Of a stretch of DNA of 64,000 bases, positions 46,581 through 54,972 are shown in pieces. The notes under the pieces were generated by a model. The model did not search any database and had not been told where the DNA came from. It saw nothing but the letters and a program-made list of their open reading frames with translations. The DNA is from Planctomycetota bacterium. GTDB taxonomy: Bacteria > Planctomycetota > UBA8108 > SXIK01. The position numbers were made by a program, and so were the translations under genes. How positions within the stretch are numbered: the stretch's first letter is position 1; each line of letters begins with the position of its first letter. The stretch covers positions 1,760,001 to 1,824,000 of the forward strand of contig CBDCXR010000004.1 in NCBI GenBank assembly GCA_965223845.1, read 5' to 3'.

Positions 46581-47786
46581 TCAGCGCTCGCCGGTTGGAA
46601 GGCAGTGATCGGCGCGCGGGGCCGATCGGGGTCGAGCGCGCAGCTCGGTCACGGCCGCGATCACCGAGTCGGCGGCTCGCTCGATCTCGTCGGGCGTCGT
46701 CGTTCGTCCGAGACCGAATCGCAGCGACCCCTCCGCGGCCGCGCTCGAGCCGTAGAGCATCTGGAGGACGTAGGAGCCGGTTTGCTTCGCCGACGAACAC
46801 GCGGCGCCGGACGAGACCGCGACGCTGGGGATGGCGCGGAGGAGGTCCTCGCTGTGAACGCCGAATCCGACGCTCAGATTGTTCGGGAGACGATCCGTCA
46901 TCGTTCCGTGGAGGGTGACACCCTCGAGCCCCGTGCGCAGACGGTGCCAGAGGCGGTCCCGCAGTTTGGAGATGCGTTCGCTGTCGCGGTCTCGCTCCTC
47001 GGCGACGATCGCGGCCGCGCAGCCGAAGCCCACGATCCCCGGAACGTTGAGTGTTCCCGACCGCAGACCGCGCTCGTGTCCACCCCCGTCGATTTGCGCG
47101 CGCAGTCGCACCCGCGGCCGACGCCGGCGCACATAGAGGGCGCCGACGCCTTTCGGCCCGTACATCTTATGCGCGGAAAGCGAGAGGAGATCGACGCCGA
47201 GCTCGTCGACCCCGAGCGGAAGATGCGCTCCGGCCTGGGCGGCGTCCGAATGAAGGAGCGTGCCGTGCCGACGACAAATCGCCGAGATCTCTCGGAGCGG
47301 ATGCACCGTGCCGATCTCGTTGTTCGCGTACATGAGGGAAACGAGCGCAGTCTCGTCGCGAATCGCATTCTCGAGTCGATCGAGGTCGAGCGTTCCGTCC
47401 GCGTCGACTCCGAGATAGGTCACCTCGAACCCGTCTTCCTCGAGGCGTGCGCAGGTATCGAGAACCGCTTTGTGCTCGGTCCCACAGGTGACCAGGTGTC
47501 GTCCGCGCGCACCGGTCGCGGTCATGACGCCTTTGAGCGCGAGGTTGTTCGATTCCGTCGCGCCCGAGGTGAATACGATCTCGCGGGGATCCGCGGCGAG
47601 CAGATCGGCGACTTCCGCGCGTGCGCGCTCGACGTGGCGAGCCGCGGCCCGTCCGGCCGCGTGCTGTGCGCTCGCGGCGTTTCCGAACGTCTCCGCGAAC
47701 ATCGGGAGCATCGCTTCGACGACGCGGGGATCGCACGGCGTCGTCGCGTGGTGATCGAGATAAATCGGTGAAAATTCAGCGGCCAA
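46581..47786 (-). CDS. iscS: Cysteine desulfurase, IscS/NifS group I
   Basis: IYLDHHATTP, FTSGATESNN, EHKAV, ANNEIG, DAAQ, SAHKMYGPKG, RSGTLN and SSGAACSS. TTG start is estimated. Confidence 0.88.
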   Translation of the reverse strand: MAAEFSPIYLDHHATTPCDPRVVEAMLPMFAETFGNAASAQHAAGRAAARHVERARAEVADLLAADPREIVFTSGATESNNLALKGVMTATGARGRHLVTCGTEHKAVLDTCARLEEDGFEVTYLGVDADGTLDLDRLENAIRDETALVSLMYANNEIGTVHPLREISAICRRHGTLLHSDAAQAGAHLPLGVDELGVDLLSLSAHKMYGPKGVGALYVRRRRPRVRLRAQIDGGGHERGLRSGTLNVPGIVGFGCAAAIVAEERDRDSERISKLRDRLWHRLRTGLEGVTLHGTMTDRLPNNLSVGFGVHSEDLLRAIPSVAVSSGAACSSAKQTGSYVLQMLYGSSAAAEGSLRFGLGRTTTPDEIERAADSVIAAVTELRARPRSAPRADHCLPTGER

Positions 47787-48208
47787 GAGAGGTCCGAACG
47801 GGGACGTGGCGAGGTCGGAGAGCAGTCTCGGTGGTGGTCTACGCGGTGCCGGAGATTCTATCGCGACTCGCACGATCGATCCAAAACCGTCGGCGACGCG
47901 AGCCGCTTGGGCCGCGGCGGCCGCCCGAGCGTTTTCGGTACTTGTCGGGAGCGGTTCCCGACCGACCGCTCGCGACGAGCACCGGCGCGACTCCCGCGCG
48001 GCGGGGCGATTCCCGTCGCATCCTTCGGGCGAGGAGGATCTCAATCTTGCCCGCTCGAGTCCGAGCGCGCCTCGGCGCGCTGTGGGTCGAAATCCTTTCT
48101 TGTCCGGCAGCCGCCCTCTTATGATCACTCTGTCCCGACTTCAAACGCTGAGACAGCCGAGTCGAGTGACGTCGATTTCTCCATCTCTCCGCGACTCTCA
48201 CCAACGCG

Positions 48209-49513
48209 ATGACGACGCCCCTCTCCGAAGAAGATACCGAAGTCGGTAGTTACTTCATCTCGAACTACCCGCCGTTCAGCTTTTGGAAGCCGGAGCACGT
48301 AGATTCCGCCCGGGCGGCCATCGATCGATCGCCCGCGCCGGACGTACCGCTCGGACTCTATCTCCACATCCCGTTTTGCCGAAAACGGTGCAAGTTCTGC
48401 TACTTTCGGGTCTACACCGAAAAGAACAGCCGTGAAGTGGAGCGCTATCTAGCCGCACTCGTTCGCGAGATCGCTCTATACAGCGAGCGGCCCGTCCTCG
48501 AGGGGCGACCGTTTCGATTCGCGTATTTCGGCGGTGGAACGCCGTCGTTCCTCAGCGAGAAGCAGCTCCTCTCCCTGGTCGATCGACTGCGCGCGTCGAT
48601 CGATTGGGACGACGCCGAGGAGGTCACGTTCGAGTGCGAGCCGGGAACGCTCACCGAACGAAAGCTGCGGGCGATCCGCGAGCTGGGAGTGACGCGCCTC
48701 AGTCTCGGCATCGAGAATTTCGACGACGCCATTCTCGAAGAGAACGGACGGGCACACCGCAGTCCGGAAGTGTTTCGCGCGTACGAGTGGGCTCGGGCGA
48801 TCGGATTCCCACAGATCAACGTCGATCTCATCGCCGGGATGGTCGGTGAAACGACAGAGAACTGGCACGAGTGTGTGCGGAAGACGATCGAGCTCGCGCC
48901 CGATTCGGTGACGATCTACCAGCTCGAGCTTCCGTTCAACGCGGTGTACTCGAGCGAGCTCCGAACGGGCGGCGAAGTCTCCGTCGCGACGTGGGGGCGG
49001 AAGCGGGAGTGGGTGGCCTACGCGTTCGACGCGCTGCGCGAAGCCGGCTATTCCGTCTCGAGCGCTTACACCATGGTGAAGGACCCCGACGCCAAGTTCG
49101 TCTATCGCGATGCGCTCTGGCGCGGCGCCGACATGCTCGGGACGGGGGTCGCTTCGTTTTCGCACGTCGCCGGCGTGCATTTTCAGAATCTTGACACCGA
49201 CACGCAGTACCTGGAGTCGCTCGAGAGCGGCGAGCTTCCGATCGGACGCGCGCTTCCCGTCACGGATCGCCAACGCATGATTCGCGAATTGATCCTCCAG
49301 CTCAAGCTCGGCTCGGTGGACCCGGCGTACTTTGAGCGCAAATTCGGGTTAAGGATCACGCGAGAGTTCGGTTCGGTCTGGGACGACCTTCGTGACCACG
49401 GGTATCTCGAGTCCGGCGACCCGCCCACTTTGACGCGAGACGGGCTTTTGCGCGTCGACGCGTTCCTCCCGCGATTCTTCGAGCCGGAGCACCAAGGCGC
49501 TCGGTATACGTAA
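48209..49513 (+). CDS. HemN-like radical SAM enzyme (class C methyltransferase-like)
   Basis: LYLHIPFCRKRCKFCYF (CxxxCxxC), FGGGTPS, ECEP, RLSLG and NVDLIAG. N-terminus has SNYPP rather than the HemN PRYTSYP. Confidence 0.88.
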   Translation: MTTPLSEEDTEVGSYFISNYPPFSFWKPEHVDSARAAIDRSPAPDVPLGLYLHIPFCRKRCKFCYFRVYTEKNSREVERYLAALVREIALYSERPVLEGRPFRFAYFGGGTPSFLSEKQLLSLVDRLRASIDWDDAEEVTFECEPGTLTERKLRAIRELGVTRLSLGIENFDDAILEENGRAHRSPEVFRAYEWARAIGFPQINVDLIAGMVGETTENWHECVRKTIELAPDSVTIYQLELPFNAVYSSELRTGGEVSVATWGRKREWVAYAFDALREAGYSVSSAYTMVKDPDAKFVYRDALWRGADMLGTGVASFSHVAGVHFQNLDTDTQYLESLESGELPIGRALPVTDRQRMIRELILQLKLGSVDPAYFERKFGLRITREFGSVWDDLRDHGYLESGDPPTLTRDGLLRVDAFLPRFFEPEHQGARYT

Positions 49514-49526
49514 GTCGAATTCGGCC

Positions 49527-50084
49527 ATGACACCGACCGTTCAGCTGACGACTCTCCTCGATTCTTTCCCGGACGGTCCTTTCCGTTCGAGCGATCTAGA
49601 GCTCATCTCACCAGCCGAGGTGCCGGAGCCCTACGCGCGGCTCCTCGTCCACAACCACCACATGACGGTGACGCTCGAAGATTTCCACCGAGCGACGCTT
49701 TCTCTCCAGGTGCTTGGCGAGAAGCGGACGGACGACAGCTACACGCGGCGGCTCACGCTGAGCGTGGGCTCTCCTGAAGAAGACCGACGGGTCGTCCTCG
49801 CAGGAATCATGCGCATCGCGCTCGATCGCTGCAGCGACCGAGTACGGCACGAGATCCTCTCCGGGGCGACACCCCTCGGGCGAATCCTAATCTCGAATCG
49901 CGTTCTTCGCCGAGTCGAGTCCAACGCGTATCTTCGCGTGAAGCTGAGCGCGCCCATCCGGACGATGTTCGCGCTCGCCGATGACACCAAGGGGTTCGCC
50001 TACGGACGCATCGCGCGCATCTTCTGCGACGGTGAGCAGGCGATCGAGCTGCTCGAGATCGTTCCGCCGGAGCCGGAAGAATGA
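49527..50084 (+). CDS. Chorismate-lyase (UbiC/UTRA-fold)-like protein
   Basis: LLVH..HMT.TLE, YTRR..L, EILSGATPLGRIL, YGR and final LLEI resemble the chorismate pyruvate-lyase pattern. Confidence 0.6.
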   Translation: MTPTVQLTTLLDSFPDGPFRSSDLELISPAEVPEPYARLLVHNHHMTVTLEDFHRATLSLQVLGEKRTDDSYTRRLTLSVGSPEEDRRVVLAGIMRIALDRCSDRVRHEILSGATPLGRILISNRVLRRVESNAYLRVKLSAPIRTMFALADDTKGFAYGRIARIFCDGEQAIELLEIVPPEPEE

Positions 50085-51343
50085 ACGATCGAGTCCCGGT
50101 AGTGGTGATCGGCGGTGGGCCGGCGGGCTCGACGGTCGCGGCGCTTCTCGCGGACGCGGGAGTCGGCGTGCGGCTCTTAGAGCGTGCGACGATGCCGCGC
50201 TTTCACATCGGAGAGTCTCTCATCACGGAAACCTACTGGACGTTCGAGCGCCTCGGGGTTCTCGATCGCTTGAAGGCCTCGGACTTCCCGAAGAAGTACA
50301 GCGTTCAGTTCATCTCCGAGAGCGGGCGTGCCTCTCGTCCGTTTTATTTCTACGAGCGGGATCCGCACGAGAGCTCGATGACTTGGCAGGTCGACCGCGC
50401 GGAGTTCGACCAGATGCTCCTTCAGAACGCGGCCGCGAAGGGGGCAGATGTCCGTACCGGCTACGGAGTTCGCCGCGTCCGCTTCGACGGCGAGCGCGCC
50501 GTGGGGGTCGAAGGGACGGACTCCGCGGGCGAACCATTCGCACTCGACGCGGATGTCGTGGTCGACGCGACGGGCCTTCACGCGCTCCTCGCTCGCCAAG
50601 AAAACCTCCTCCAGCGGGACCCGCATCTCGTCAAGGCCGCCGTATTCACGCACTTCGAAGGGGCGAGGCGAGACGAGGGAATCGACGAGGGCGCGACGCT
50701 CATCATCCACACGAAGGGAAACCGCGGCTGGTTTTGGTACATCCCGCTCAGTCGGGATCGCGTGAGCGTCGGAGTGGTCGGATCATCGCGGGAACTCATG
50801 CAGGGAGGCGTGAAACCGGACGAGATCCTCGCGCGCGAGATCGAAGCCTGCGCCGCGGTCAAGGATCGCGTTGCCGGCGCGCGACGCGTCAGCGACGTCC
50901 ATGTCACGAGCGACTATACCTACCGGGCGACGCGCTGTGCGGGCGACGGTTACGTGCTCGTCGGCGACGCGTTCGGGTTTCTCGATCCGATCTACTCCTC
51001 CGGCGTCCTGCTCGCGCTGAAATCGGGAGAGCTCGCGGCGGATACGATCGCGGCAGCCCTCGCCGACGGCGACATGTCGGCCGAACGTCTCAGCGCGATG
51101 GGCGCTCCGATCGCGACGGGAATGGAAGCGTTTCGGAAGATGGTCTACGCGTTCTACACACCGGGGTTCAGCTTCGCGAATTTCGTCGCGCAGCATCCGG
51201 AACATCGCGATGCCCTCGTTCGCGTCCTCATCGGAGACGTGTTCAAGGGTGACACCGATGAGATCTTTCAGGCGATGGGCGCGATGTGCGAGCTTCCCGA
51301 GGAAGTTCCTCTCGGCGGGGAAGGACCCGAGCACCGGGCGTGA
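50081..51343 (+). CDS. FAD-dependent oxidoreductase, flavin-dependent halogenase-like
   Basis: GGGPAG, PRFHIGESL, FPKK (Lys at the halogenase catalytic position), GWFWYIP (WxWxIP) and GDA.GFLDPIYSSG. Confidence 0.8.
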   Translation: MNDRVPVVVIGGGPAGSTVAALLADAGVGVRLLERATMPRFHIGESLITETYWTFERLGVLDRLKASDFPKKYSVQFISESGRASRPFYFYERDPHESSMTWQVDRAEFDQMLLQNAAAKGADVRTGYGVRRVRFDGERAVGVEGTDSAGEPFALDADVVVDATGLHALLARQENLLQRDPHLVKAAVFTHFEGARRDEGIDEGATLIIHTKGNRGWFWYIPLSRDRVSVGVVGSSRELMQGGVKPDEILAREIEACAAVKDRVAGARRVSDVHVTSDYTYRATRCAGDGYVLVGDAFGFLDPIYSSGVLLALKSGELAADTIAAALADGDMSAERLSAMGAPIATGMEAFRKMVYAFYTPGFSFANFVAQHPEHRDALVRVLIGDVFKGDTDEIFQAMGAMCELPEEVPLGGEGPEHRA

Positions 51344-51397
51344 TCGGAAAGAGCTCGACCACAATCTGCGGAGCGGCTTCGGGCCGAGAATGAGTCC

Positions 51398-52966
51398 TTA
51401 GAGGGTCGGTCCCAGTGACCACGGGCAAAACTCTTCCTCTCCGACGCCGTGGAGCTCGCTCTTCGTTTTCTGCCCGCTCGCGACGGCCAGCATCAATTCG
51501 AAGAGTTCGTCACCAACCTCGGGAAGCGGGACGCCTTCGAGCACCTTCCCGGCGTTGACGTCCATGTCGTCCTTCATGCGCTCGTACATCGGCGTGTTCG
51601 AAGCAATCTTGATGCACGGCGTCGGGCGGCAGCCGTAGACGGATCCCCGGCCGGTCGTGAACGCGCAGATGTTGGCCCCGCCGGCAACGATCCCCGTCAT
51701 CGACGCCGGATCGTAGCCCGGTGTATCCATTACGACGAAGCCCTTCTCGACGACGGGCTCGGCATACTTGTACACCGCTCGAAGCGCCGTCGAGCCGCCC
51801 TTCGCGATCGCTCCGAGTGATTTCTCGTAAATGGTCGTGAGGCCGCCTTCCTTGTTGCCGGGCGTGGGGTTGTTGTTGATCTCTGCGCCGAAGAGTTTCG
51901 TGTACCACTCCCACCAGCGGATGCGATCGAGAAGCGCTTCGCCGACTTCGCGGCTGATCGCCCGGCGCGTGAGAAGATGCTCCGCGCCGTAGATCTCGGT
52001 AGTCTCGCCGAGGATCGCCGTACCGCCGTGAGCGACGACGAGATCGGAGGCGAGACCGACCGCCGGATTCGCGGTGACGCCGCTGTAGCCGTCCGAGCCA
52101 CCACATTCCGTCCCGAAGACGAGGTGCGACGCCGGCACTTCGACTCTCTTCTCCGCCGCGGCTCGCGGGAGGAGCTCGGTGACCGCGCGAACTCCCGCCT
52201 CGACCGTTTTCGTGATGCCGCCGGCTTCTTGAATCGTCACGACGAGCGGGACACCTGCGTTCTCACCGTGCGAGGATACGCCGTCGACTTGAACGAGACG
52301 CTCAGTCTCGACCAGGTACGAAGCCTGACCGACTTCGCAGCCGAGGCCGATCAAGATGTAGCCGGCGATGTTCGGGTGGCGGGCGAATCCAGCGAGAGTG
52401 CGGCTGAGTTGCGCGTGGTCCGGGCTGTCGTACGCCATGCCGCAGCCGGTCTTGTGTGTGAGCGGAATCACGCCGTCGACTCCGGGGTACTCACGGAGAA
52501 CGTCGTCGCGAATTCGATCGGTGACGAAGCGGCTCGTCGACGCCGAGCAATTGACGGTGCTGATCACGGCGACGTAGTTTCGGGTGCCGACTCGGCCGTC
52601 GGCGCGGAGGTAGCCCCGAAAACTGCGAGTCTCCGGCGGAGCCGCCGGCGGGGGAGGGACATCCTCGGCGAACGCGTAGTCGCGCTCGAAGGCTTCCGCC
52701 GCGCAGTTGTCGACGTGAACGTGATCCCCCGGTGCGATGTCATTCGCCGCAAACCCGATCGTATGACCGTATTTCCGAATCGGATCTCCGGCGGGGATGC
52801 GCTCGGTCGCAATCTTGTGTCCGCGCGGGACGGCGGTCGTCGTCTCGATGTCGACTCCCGCGACACTCACGCACTCGCCGGGCCGCAGGTGGCGACAAAC
52901 GACGGCGATGTTGTCGTCGTCGCGGAGTCGAATCGCGGATCGGGTCGCGGCGTCCGGTGAAGGCAT
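51398..52966 (-). CDS. uxaA: Altronate/galactarate dehydratase, UxaA family
   Basis: SAF domain DNIAV..GHKIA..KYG..IG..HV; also VGTRNY, STVNCS, GCG, GLGCE, ECGGSD, NKEGGLTTI.EKSLG and FTTGRG. Confidence 0.85.
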   Translation of the reverse strand: MPSPDAATRSAIRLRDDDNIAVVCRHLRPGECVSVAGVDIETTTAVPRGHKIATERIPAGDPIRKYGHTIGFAANDIAPGDHVHVDNCAAEAFERDYAFAEDVPPPPAAPPETRSFRGYLRADGRVGTRNYVAVISTVNCSASTSRFVTDRIRDDVLREYPGVDGVIPLTHKTGCGMAYDSPDHAQLSRTLAGFARHPNIAGYILIGLGCEVGQASYLVETERLVQVDGVSSHGENAGVPLVVTIQEAGGITKTVEAGVRAVTELLPRAAAEKRVEVPASHLVFGTECGGSDGYSGVTANPAVGLASDLVVAHGGTAILGETTEIYGAEHLLTRRAISREVGEALLDRIRWWEWYTKLFGAEINNNPTPGNKEGGLTTIYEKSLGAIAKGGSTALRAVYKYAEPVVEKGFVVMDTPGYDPASMTGIVAGGANICAFTTGRGSVYGCRPTPCIKIASNTPMYERMKDDMDVNAGKVLEGVPLPEVGDELFELMLAVASGQKTKSELHGVGEEEFCPWSLGPTL

Positions 52967-53128
52967 GAGACGCTTCCTAACGGTGAACTCGAGTGTGGGC
53001 GATGGGCATGATAGCAGAGCCGCCCGGCGGTTTCCTGTTCGGCGATCTGGCCTTCACGTCCCCGCACGGTAGAATGCCCGGCTCCGCCCGAATGGTTCGG
53101 GTTTCTTTCCAACGCACTCGAGATCACG

Positions 53129-54325
53129 ATGACTGCCGGCGACCCCGTCTCGATCCCACCCGGTCTCCGCCGGGAGGTCGATCGTACGCTCGAATTCGCG
53201 AGCGACCAACTGCGTGTCACGTGCCAGAGGTGGCCCGCCGGGCTCGCCGCCCCGGTGTATACCGTCGAAGGAAGATGGTACCGCGCTAGAGATCTTTGGA
53301 CCGACTGGACACCCGGCTTTCTCGCCGGCCAGCAATGGATTCTCGCGAAGCTCCTTCGCGACGAAGAATGGCGAACGAGCGGCGAAGAGTACTCGCGGGC
53401 GCTCCGACCCCGCCGTTTCGACCGCGATGTTCACGACCTCGGGTTCATCTTTCTCTCATCGCACGGACGATGGCTCGACGCGATCGCGCCGGACGATCCC
53501 GAGTCCGCGCGAATTCGCGACGTTCTCGTCACCGCCGGGACCGTGCAGTCGTTTCGCTGGAACGGGATCGGCGAACGCGGGTTCATCTATTCCTTCAACG
53601 GTCCGCAATCGCTCTTCGTCGACATCATGATGAACGTCCGTCTCCTCTTCTGGGCGGCGCAGAACGGCGCGGAGGAGGAGGTCGGACGCCGCGCGGTCGA
53701 GCACTGTCTGACCTCCGCCCAGTTCCTCGTCCGGCGCGACGGCCCGGGCCTCGGCGAAGAGGACGGCAACACCGTGCACGAGGCGATTTTCAACACCGAC
53801 CCCGGGCGCGGCGAATTCCGGTGCTGGTCGACCCAGCAGGGATATTCTCCCTTCACGTGTTGGTCCCGCGGTCTCGGCTGGGCGCTGTACGGCTTCAGTG
53901 AGGCGTACCGCTATACGCGCGAACGAGAGTTTCTCGCCGCGGCGGAGCGGTGCGCCAACTACTACTTCGAGCACACTCCGGATCACGGCGTTCCGTACTG
54001 GGACTACGGGGCGCCCGGCATCCCGGATGAGCCGTTCGACAGCTCGGCCGCGGCGGTGATCGGCTGCGGCCTCTTCCTTCTCGCGGAACACGCGCAGCCG
54101 GAAGCCGCCGCGCGATATCGGCGCGGCGCGCTGCGAATCGTGGAATCGCTCACGTCGGACGAATTCCTCGCCCGGGGACGGCCCGGTGAAGAAGGGATCC
54201 TCCTCCAGGGCGTCTACCACCGGCCTCGCGGGTGGGGTGTGAACGCGTCGGTCATGTGGGGCGAGTACTTTTTCCTCGAGCTCCTCGAGCGCGTCGTAGA
54301 AGCTGACTCGGAGCTCGGCTCCTAG
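53129..54325 (+). CDS. GH88-family unsaturated glucuronyl hydrolase
   Basis: WT.GFL.G..W, HDLGF, VDIMMN, QGY...WSRG.GW..YG, YWDY, DSSA.A and WGEYFFLE. Confidence 0.85.
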   Translation: MTAGDPVSIPPGLRREVDRTLEFASDQLRVTCQRWPAGLAAPVYTVEGRWYRARDLWTDWTPGFLAGQQWILAKLLRDEEWRTSGEEYSRALRPRRFDRDVHDLGFIFLSSHGRWLDAIAPDDPESARIRDVLVTAGTVQSFRWNGIGERGFIYSFNGPQSLFVDIMMNVRLLFWAAQNGAEEEVGRRAVEHCLTSAQFLVRRDGPGLGEEDGNTVHEAIFNTDPGRGEFRCWSTQQGYSPFTCWSRGLGWALYGFSEAYRYTREREFLAAAERCANYYFEHTPDHGVPYWDYGAPGIPDEPFDSSAAAVIGCGLFLLAEHAQPEAAARYRRGALRIVESLTSDEFLARGRPGEEGILLQGVYHRPRGWGVNASVMWGEYFFLELLERVVEADSELGS

Positions 54326-54355
54326 ATCGACGCGGAGACCACCGGAAGGAATCAA

Positions 54356-54937
54356 ATGCCCAGCGAGACGGTCGCGTTTCTCCGTGAGTACTTTCGCGGT
54401 CCCCGCGCAGTCGGCGCCGTCGCGCCGAGCTCACGCTTCCTCGCGCGCACGATGGTCGAGAGTGGCGATCTCGCCGCGGCAAAGACGATCGTCGAGCTCG
54501 GACCCGGCACGGGCGCGTTTACTCAGGCCATCGCCGAAGCCGTCGATGACTCGGCGACGTTCCTCGCACTCGAAATCAATCCGGAGTTCGCCGAACGCGT
54601 CCGTGAGCGAGTGCCCCGCGCGACGGTGTACAACGACTCGGCCGCGAATCTCGCGTCGTATCTCGAGAGACACGGGAAAGACGGAGCCGATTGCGTCCTT
54701 TCCGGACTACCCTGGGCGAGCCTTCCGATGAAGGTGCAGGACAGCGTGATGGCGGCGGTGGTGGACAACCTCCGACCCGGCGGAATCTTCGCGACTTTCG
54801 CGTACATCCACGCGCTCGCGCTTCCGAATGCACGCAAGTTTCGCCGGCGGCTCGAGTCGCTCTTCGGCAAAGTCGAGTTGAGCCCAATCGTGTGGCGAAA
54901 CGTTCCGCCTGCGTTCGTCTATCGTTGCCGACGGTGA
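54356..54937 (+). CDS. Phospholipid/ornithine-lipid N-methyltransferase-like SAM methyltransferase (PmtA/OlsG type)
   Basis: FLR..F..P..VGAVAPSS.FLA..M, VELGPGTG, LEIN, SGLP, F.Y and WRNVPPA. Confidence 0.8.
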   Translation: MPSETVAFLREYFRGPRAVGAVAPSSRFLARTMVESGDLAAAKTIVELGPGTGAFTQAIAEAVDDSATFLALEINPEFAERVRERVPRATVYNDSAANLASYLERHGKDGADCVLSGLPWASLPMKVQDSVMAAVVDNLRPGGIFATFAYIHALALPNARKFRRRLESLFGKVELSPIVWRNVPPAFVYRCRR

Positions 54938-54972
54938 CGGCGATGCGGCGCGAACCGAGAGGCGACCGGACG

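Noticed and set aside
48097-48125. Sigma70 promoter for the radical SAM operon (TATGAT -10)
   Set aside because: The best -35 (TTGTCC) is only 14 nt away, so the match is too weak to call.
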